Shown here piece after piece: positions 17,706 to 20,752 of a stretch of DNA of 20,752 nucleotides (position 1 is its first letter; each line of letters begins with the position of its first letter). The translations under genes and the position numbers were made by a program. A model generated the notes under the pieces. The model saw only the letters and a list, made by a program, of their open reading frames with translations, ran no database searches and was not told the origin of the DNA. Origin of the DNA: Pseudobacteriovorax sp. (lineage in GTDB: Bacteria; Bdellovibrionota_B; Oligoflexia; Oligoflexales; Oligoflexaceae); contig JBNKNM010000087.1 of the NCBI GenBank assembly GCA_050293845.1, positions 1-20,752 on the forward strand, in the 5' to 3' direction.

Positions 17706-17877
17706 AGGACAAAAATCGGGCAAAGAAATCGTACTAAGCCATGCAAATCGATATCAAAACTACAGTGATATCCCAATTTTAAATCAGTAATTAGTCCAAT
17801 AAATACAAACAGATAAAAGAAAAAATCAAAGCCCACTAACACCGCCCAACAATGGCGGCATGGGCGGTATGATGTAA
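17706..17877 (+). repeat. att-like junction R5; groEL-tail core at 17854-17877
   Basis: Arm AGGACAAAAATCGGGCAAAGAAATCGTAC starts 148 bp before the core. The downstream side differs from R1-R4. Confidence 0.92.
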
Positions 17878-17981
17878 TAATCTAACTGTAAAGTTAGATA
17901 GTTACACTGCTCACGACCCCAAGTGAGACGAAAAAGCGAGACGATTTCAGATCAGGCTCAAATTTTCGCTCTCACTCGCAG

Positions 17982-18022
17982 AAAAGCCTGAATTCCAGTT
18001 TTTGCTGGATTTCAGGTTTTTT
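17982..18022. terminator. Bidirectional terminator at the integrase 3' end
   Basis: AAAAGCCTGAATTCCAG...CTGGATTTCAGGTTTTTT. Confidence 0.7.
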
Positions 18023-19091
18023 AATTCTTAACAATCCTCAGAAATCGAACTCCTGAAACCTTATTATCTTCTTTTTCATCTGCTATACTCATACGTTTGG
18101 AGCGCGACCATTGCTTGGAACTTGTATTTTCAATTCCATCAGTATGAACGTACCTCATCGTTGTAGAGATATCCCTGTGTCCAGCGATCTTTTGCACTTG
18201 TGGAAGAGGTAGCGGTGCATCCATCCCATATCCATTCGCAAGGTTTGTTAGACATGTATGCCTTAAACTGTGAAAGTGAATAGTCCTTACTCCCGCTTTC
18301 TCGCAATACTTTGAGAAGTTCTTAACAGCCCAAGAAGATGTCTTAAATAGCACTTGGTCTTTAGATTGGACCTTGGCAATCCGTCGCTTCAGAATATCCC
18401 GTATGTCATCGTTCATTTCTACAAAGCGGTAAGTTTTGCCTTTTGTAGTTTTTTTGATGCGCTTTTCCTTCTCTGAGTATGAGCGTCGTACAATTATGCA
18501 ATTTTTCTCGAAATTAACATCACAGGAGCGCAATGCGCCAATTTCGCCTTTTCTTAAACCAGATCTAAGAGCGAGAAGGGTTATGTCGTACAGGTCTTCT
18601 GCCTTCCCAGGTCTCATCCTAAACTCACGTGAGTAGTACATGGGAGCACCTTTTTTGACACTACCAGCCTTGGCAACTTTTCGATGAAAAACACCTCCAT
18701 TTTCAAGCCAAGTTAAAAAGGCGTCCTCCTCATCGATTCGCCAGTAGTCGTATGGTTGTTCTAGCGTTTCTGGAAGCTTGAATTTTTGAAAAGGGTTTTG
18801 GACTAATAAGCCCCTTTCGGTGCCAAACTTAGTGACCATGCAAGCTACAGTTAGAATTTCACGACGGTATGCGCTAGAGAGGAAATCATCATCCTCAAAA
18901 AATTCTTCATCAAGATTCTTTCGAATTGCTTGATAGGATTTAGTCAGGGGCTTTTTCATTTTCAGAATTTTTGCAACATTCTCTATATCATTCAATGTAA
19001 GTTCTTTTAATAACCTGTGACCCAATTCAGGTACCAAGTGGTACTTCATTTGCAAGGCAGGATTCTGATATTTCACGTACTTTTTGAGCAT
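18021..19091 (-). CDS. Tyrosine recombinase/integrase; catalytic domain intact, N-terminus frameshifted and truncated
   Basis: SGLRKGEI, FHSLRHT, IAGHRDISTTMRY. Upstream, another frame reads LAELWLDHAQKVREISESCLAN, which resembles an integrase core-binding helix. Confidence 0.9.
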   Translation of the reverse strand: MLKKYVKYQNPALQMKYHLVPELGHRLLKELTLNDIENVAKILKMKKPLTKSYQAIRKNLDEEFFEDDDFLSSAYRREILTVACMVTKFGTERGLLVQNPFQKFKLPETLEQPYDYWRIDEEDAFLTWLENGGVFHRKVAKAGSVKKGAPMYYSREFRMRPGKAEDLYDITLLALRSGLRKGEIGALRSCDVNFEKNCIIVRRSYSEKEKRIKKTTKGKTYRFVEMNDDIRDILKRRIAKVQSKDQVLFKTSSWAVKNFSKYCEKAGVRTIHFHSLRHTCLTNLANGYGMDAPLPLPQVQKIAGHRDISTTMRYVHTDGIENTSSKQWSRSKRMSIADEKEDNKVSGVRFLRIVKN

Positions 19092-19155
19092 GATCTAGCC
19101 AGAGTTCTGCAAGCGATAGAAAATCATTACATAGGACAGAGTTAGTGCTTTTTAA

Positions 19156-20439
19156 TTCAGGAAACCTAAAGGAACACCAAAGTTTGTCTATCCTAATGAC
19201 TGTCTTTGGGAGTTAGCTAATGAGATCCAAAATATCGCTCAAACGCCCTTTGATCATTGGGCAATAGCAGCCGCTACCTCTATACTCTCGGCCCTCCTAC
19301 AGGGCCTTTACGTAATCCCTACCTACTCAAAGCTAGCTAGCTATATTGTTATCGTAGGTAGCTCATCGGCAGGAAAGAATGACTATGTTAAACTCGCACA
19401 ACAGGTTGTAAAAGAGTTAAGACCTCTTTCCCTTAAGTCTCCGCCCGCATCGAGCCAAGGACTAATGAGGATCTTAAATCCCAACCAAAAAGGACACCCC
19501 TTTATCTATGCTTGCCGTGATGAAATCATAATTTCCCATCTTAATATAATCGTGGCTGGTAATTCTCCCGTTGTCCAAAGCCTTGTGGGTGACTACTGTT
19601 CGGTTTGGGGTGACGCTATGCTTGTCGGACAGTCGAATAAACGGGAAGTCGAATCCCATGAGGCTGTTGAGAATCCCCACGTTACGATGTTTGGAAATGG
19701 CACTATCACGGGTTTAAAAAAGATAATGACAAGTGACACTTTCCAAGAAAGCGGGCTACTGTCTCGCTTCGATATCGTCCTTAGTGCTAAAGAGTTTCTG
19801 AACCCTAGTCTAGATATTCCACATAGGAAGGTATCGGAAGATCTTATTAAAAAGCTAAAGATGAGACTTGAATTACCTCACGACTACTGTGAGGGTTTAT
19901 TTGTCAAACGCGAGCCGCAACCATTGGAGTGGCAATCTAATGCAGTAAAAGATCGTTGGAATAATTGGCGCATAAAAATTGCTAAAGAAGCTCATAAGAT
20001 GGAAGTGGACGAATGCGACAACCCCTACGAATATCTAACCATGGGTCGCCTTGGTGAAAAAGCTATCCGATATGCAAGTATTCATGCCTTAGGGTGCGGG
20101 AGAAAGAAAGTAACAGCGGAGGACCTAGAGTTTGGTGTTTCGTTCGTTAGTAAAGCACGAGATGAGCTTGTGGACTATCTTAAAAATTATGAGGCCAAAA
20201 ATCCCAGGGAAGAGTTTAGAAAGAAATTTCTTCGCTATCTAACGAAAAATAAACAAGGGATAGCATTTGCAGAAATTGCGAAGCACTTTCATCGATATCC
20301 CAAAAACCCAGTGAGAAACGATGTGATTGAAGATCTTACCATGTCGGGTGATATTGTAGAGCTTCAGATAAAGAAGGCCAATAGCAAAACCAAACCACTG
20401 AAGAAGTTTTTCCTTGCGTCTCCACCACAAGCGAGCTAG
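19156..20439 (+). CDS. DUF3987/YfjI-like P-loop ATPase (phage/satellite replication-type), 5'-truncated
   Basis: The frame of ORF 19465 is open from 19156. It encodes YIVIVGSSSAGKN (Walker A-like), ACRDEI (Walker B-like), SGLLSRF and a C-terminal wHTH-like segment. Confidence 0.7.
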   Translation, partial: FRKPKGTPKFVYPNDCLWELANEIQNIAQTPFDHWAIAAATSILSALLQGLYVIPTYSKLASYIVIVGSSSAGKNDYVKLAQQVVKELRPLSLKSPPASSQGLMRILNPNQKGHPFIYACRDEIIISHLNIIVAGNSPVVQSLVGDYCSVWGDAMLVGQSNKREVESHEAVENPHVTMFGNGTITGLKKIMTSDTFQESGLLSRFDIVLSAKEFLNPSLDIPHRKVSEDLIKKLKMRLELPHDYCEGLFVKREPQPLEWQSNAVKDRWNNWRIKIAKEAHKMEVDECDNPYEYLTMGRLGEKAIRYASIHALGCGRKKVTAEDLEFGVSFVSKARDELVDYLKNYEAKNPREEFRKKFLRYLTKNKQGIAFAEIAKHFHRYPKNPVRNDVIEDLTMSGDIVELQIKKANSKTKPLKKFFLASPPQAS

Positions 20440-20505
20440 TTTTAATAATAGAAAGCCAGATTTCCCTTATGGGGTCTGACTTTTGCTCTTTGATAACAAA
20501 ATTGA

Positions 20506-20679
20506 GGCCAACAAAAAACTGTTGGCCGAATTTTCCCCCATAATGTTTATGGCTTAAGGGTAAAAATACCTCCAAGGCCAACGAGGTTAGGGGAAGTCAC
20601 CCGCACAAAGAAAAAGATGTGTGATGGGGGGAGTGTGTTGGCCTGTTGGCTTTATATATATTGTTTTATATATATTATT
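20506..20679. repeat. Iteron-like GGCCAACA/TGTTGGCC repeats next to an AT-rich tract (candidate origin)
   Basis: Copies at 20506, 20520, 20576, 20636 and 20644. (TA)-rich tract at 20651-20679. Confidence 0.45.
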
Positions 20680-20752
20680 CGAATAACCAGTTCAAATTCC
20701 CATCATTAGCATAATCGACGCTGCTAGCTTTCCAAATACGTGTACCATTAAA

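Larger units (their letters stand above)
15579..17877 (+). mobile_element. Cassette D: integrase-less islet carrying a third AbiEi/nucleotidyltransferase pair
   Basis: Core starts are 2290 bp apart. The stop at 17690 is 16 bp from the arm (17706). Confidence 0.75.

Noticed and set aside
10400..17877. CRISPR array or classical integron (attC/IntI)
   Set aside because: Units are 1-2.3 kb and gene-containing, there are no cas genes, and I found no RYYYAAC..GTTRRRY attC boxes. The core is a groEL tail.
1218..20581. Short antisense or overlapping ORFs (e.g. 1218..1445, 3787..4113, 4237..4476, 5420..5677, 6908..7126, 7656..7874, 8027..8335, 16171..16374, 18436..18636, 20336..20581)
   Set aside because: They are shadows of better-supported genes and show no recognisable motifs.
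1..20752. tRNA, rRNA, tmRNA or IS transposase
   Set aside because: I recognised no cloverleaf, rRNA signature or DDE/HUH transposase ORF by eye; tRNAscan/Infernal were not run.

Overview
AT-rich bacterial accessory region (host unknown) that reads as a stack of elements integrated at the 3' end of groEL. The 24-mer GGCGGCATGGGCGGTATGATGTAA (GGMGGMM*, the GroEL tail) occurs five times, at 10535, 12401, 14565, 15564 (9-bp-deleted copy) and 17854. Each copy sits inside a conserved att-like structure of about 180-250 bp. These sites delimit four small integrase-less cassettes of 1.0-2.3 kb, each carrying one toxin-antitoxin/Abi pair (three AbiEi/AbiEii-type, one HigBA), like an integron-style defence array. 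Left of the array is a ~10.4-kb block. It holds a truncated SF2 helicase-nuclease, an McrA-like HNH nuclease, a further nucleotidyltransferase pair, and two copies of an unusual module: a secreted transglutaminase-like/TPR protein, a signal-peptide 'mini-Rhs' with a swapped C-terminal toxin (HExxH peptidase or GxSxG hydrolase), and a membrane immunity candidate. Right of the array are a damaged tyrosine integrase, a 5'-truncated DUF3987/YfjI-like ATPase and iteron-like repeats, consistent with a satellite-like element. Bases 1-130 are a second copy of part of that integrase. Family assignments come from motif recognition only; no database searches were run.
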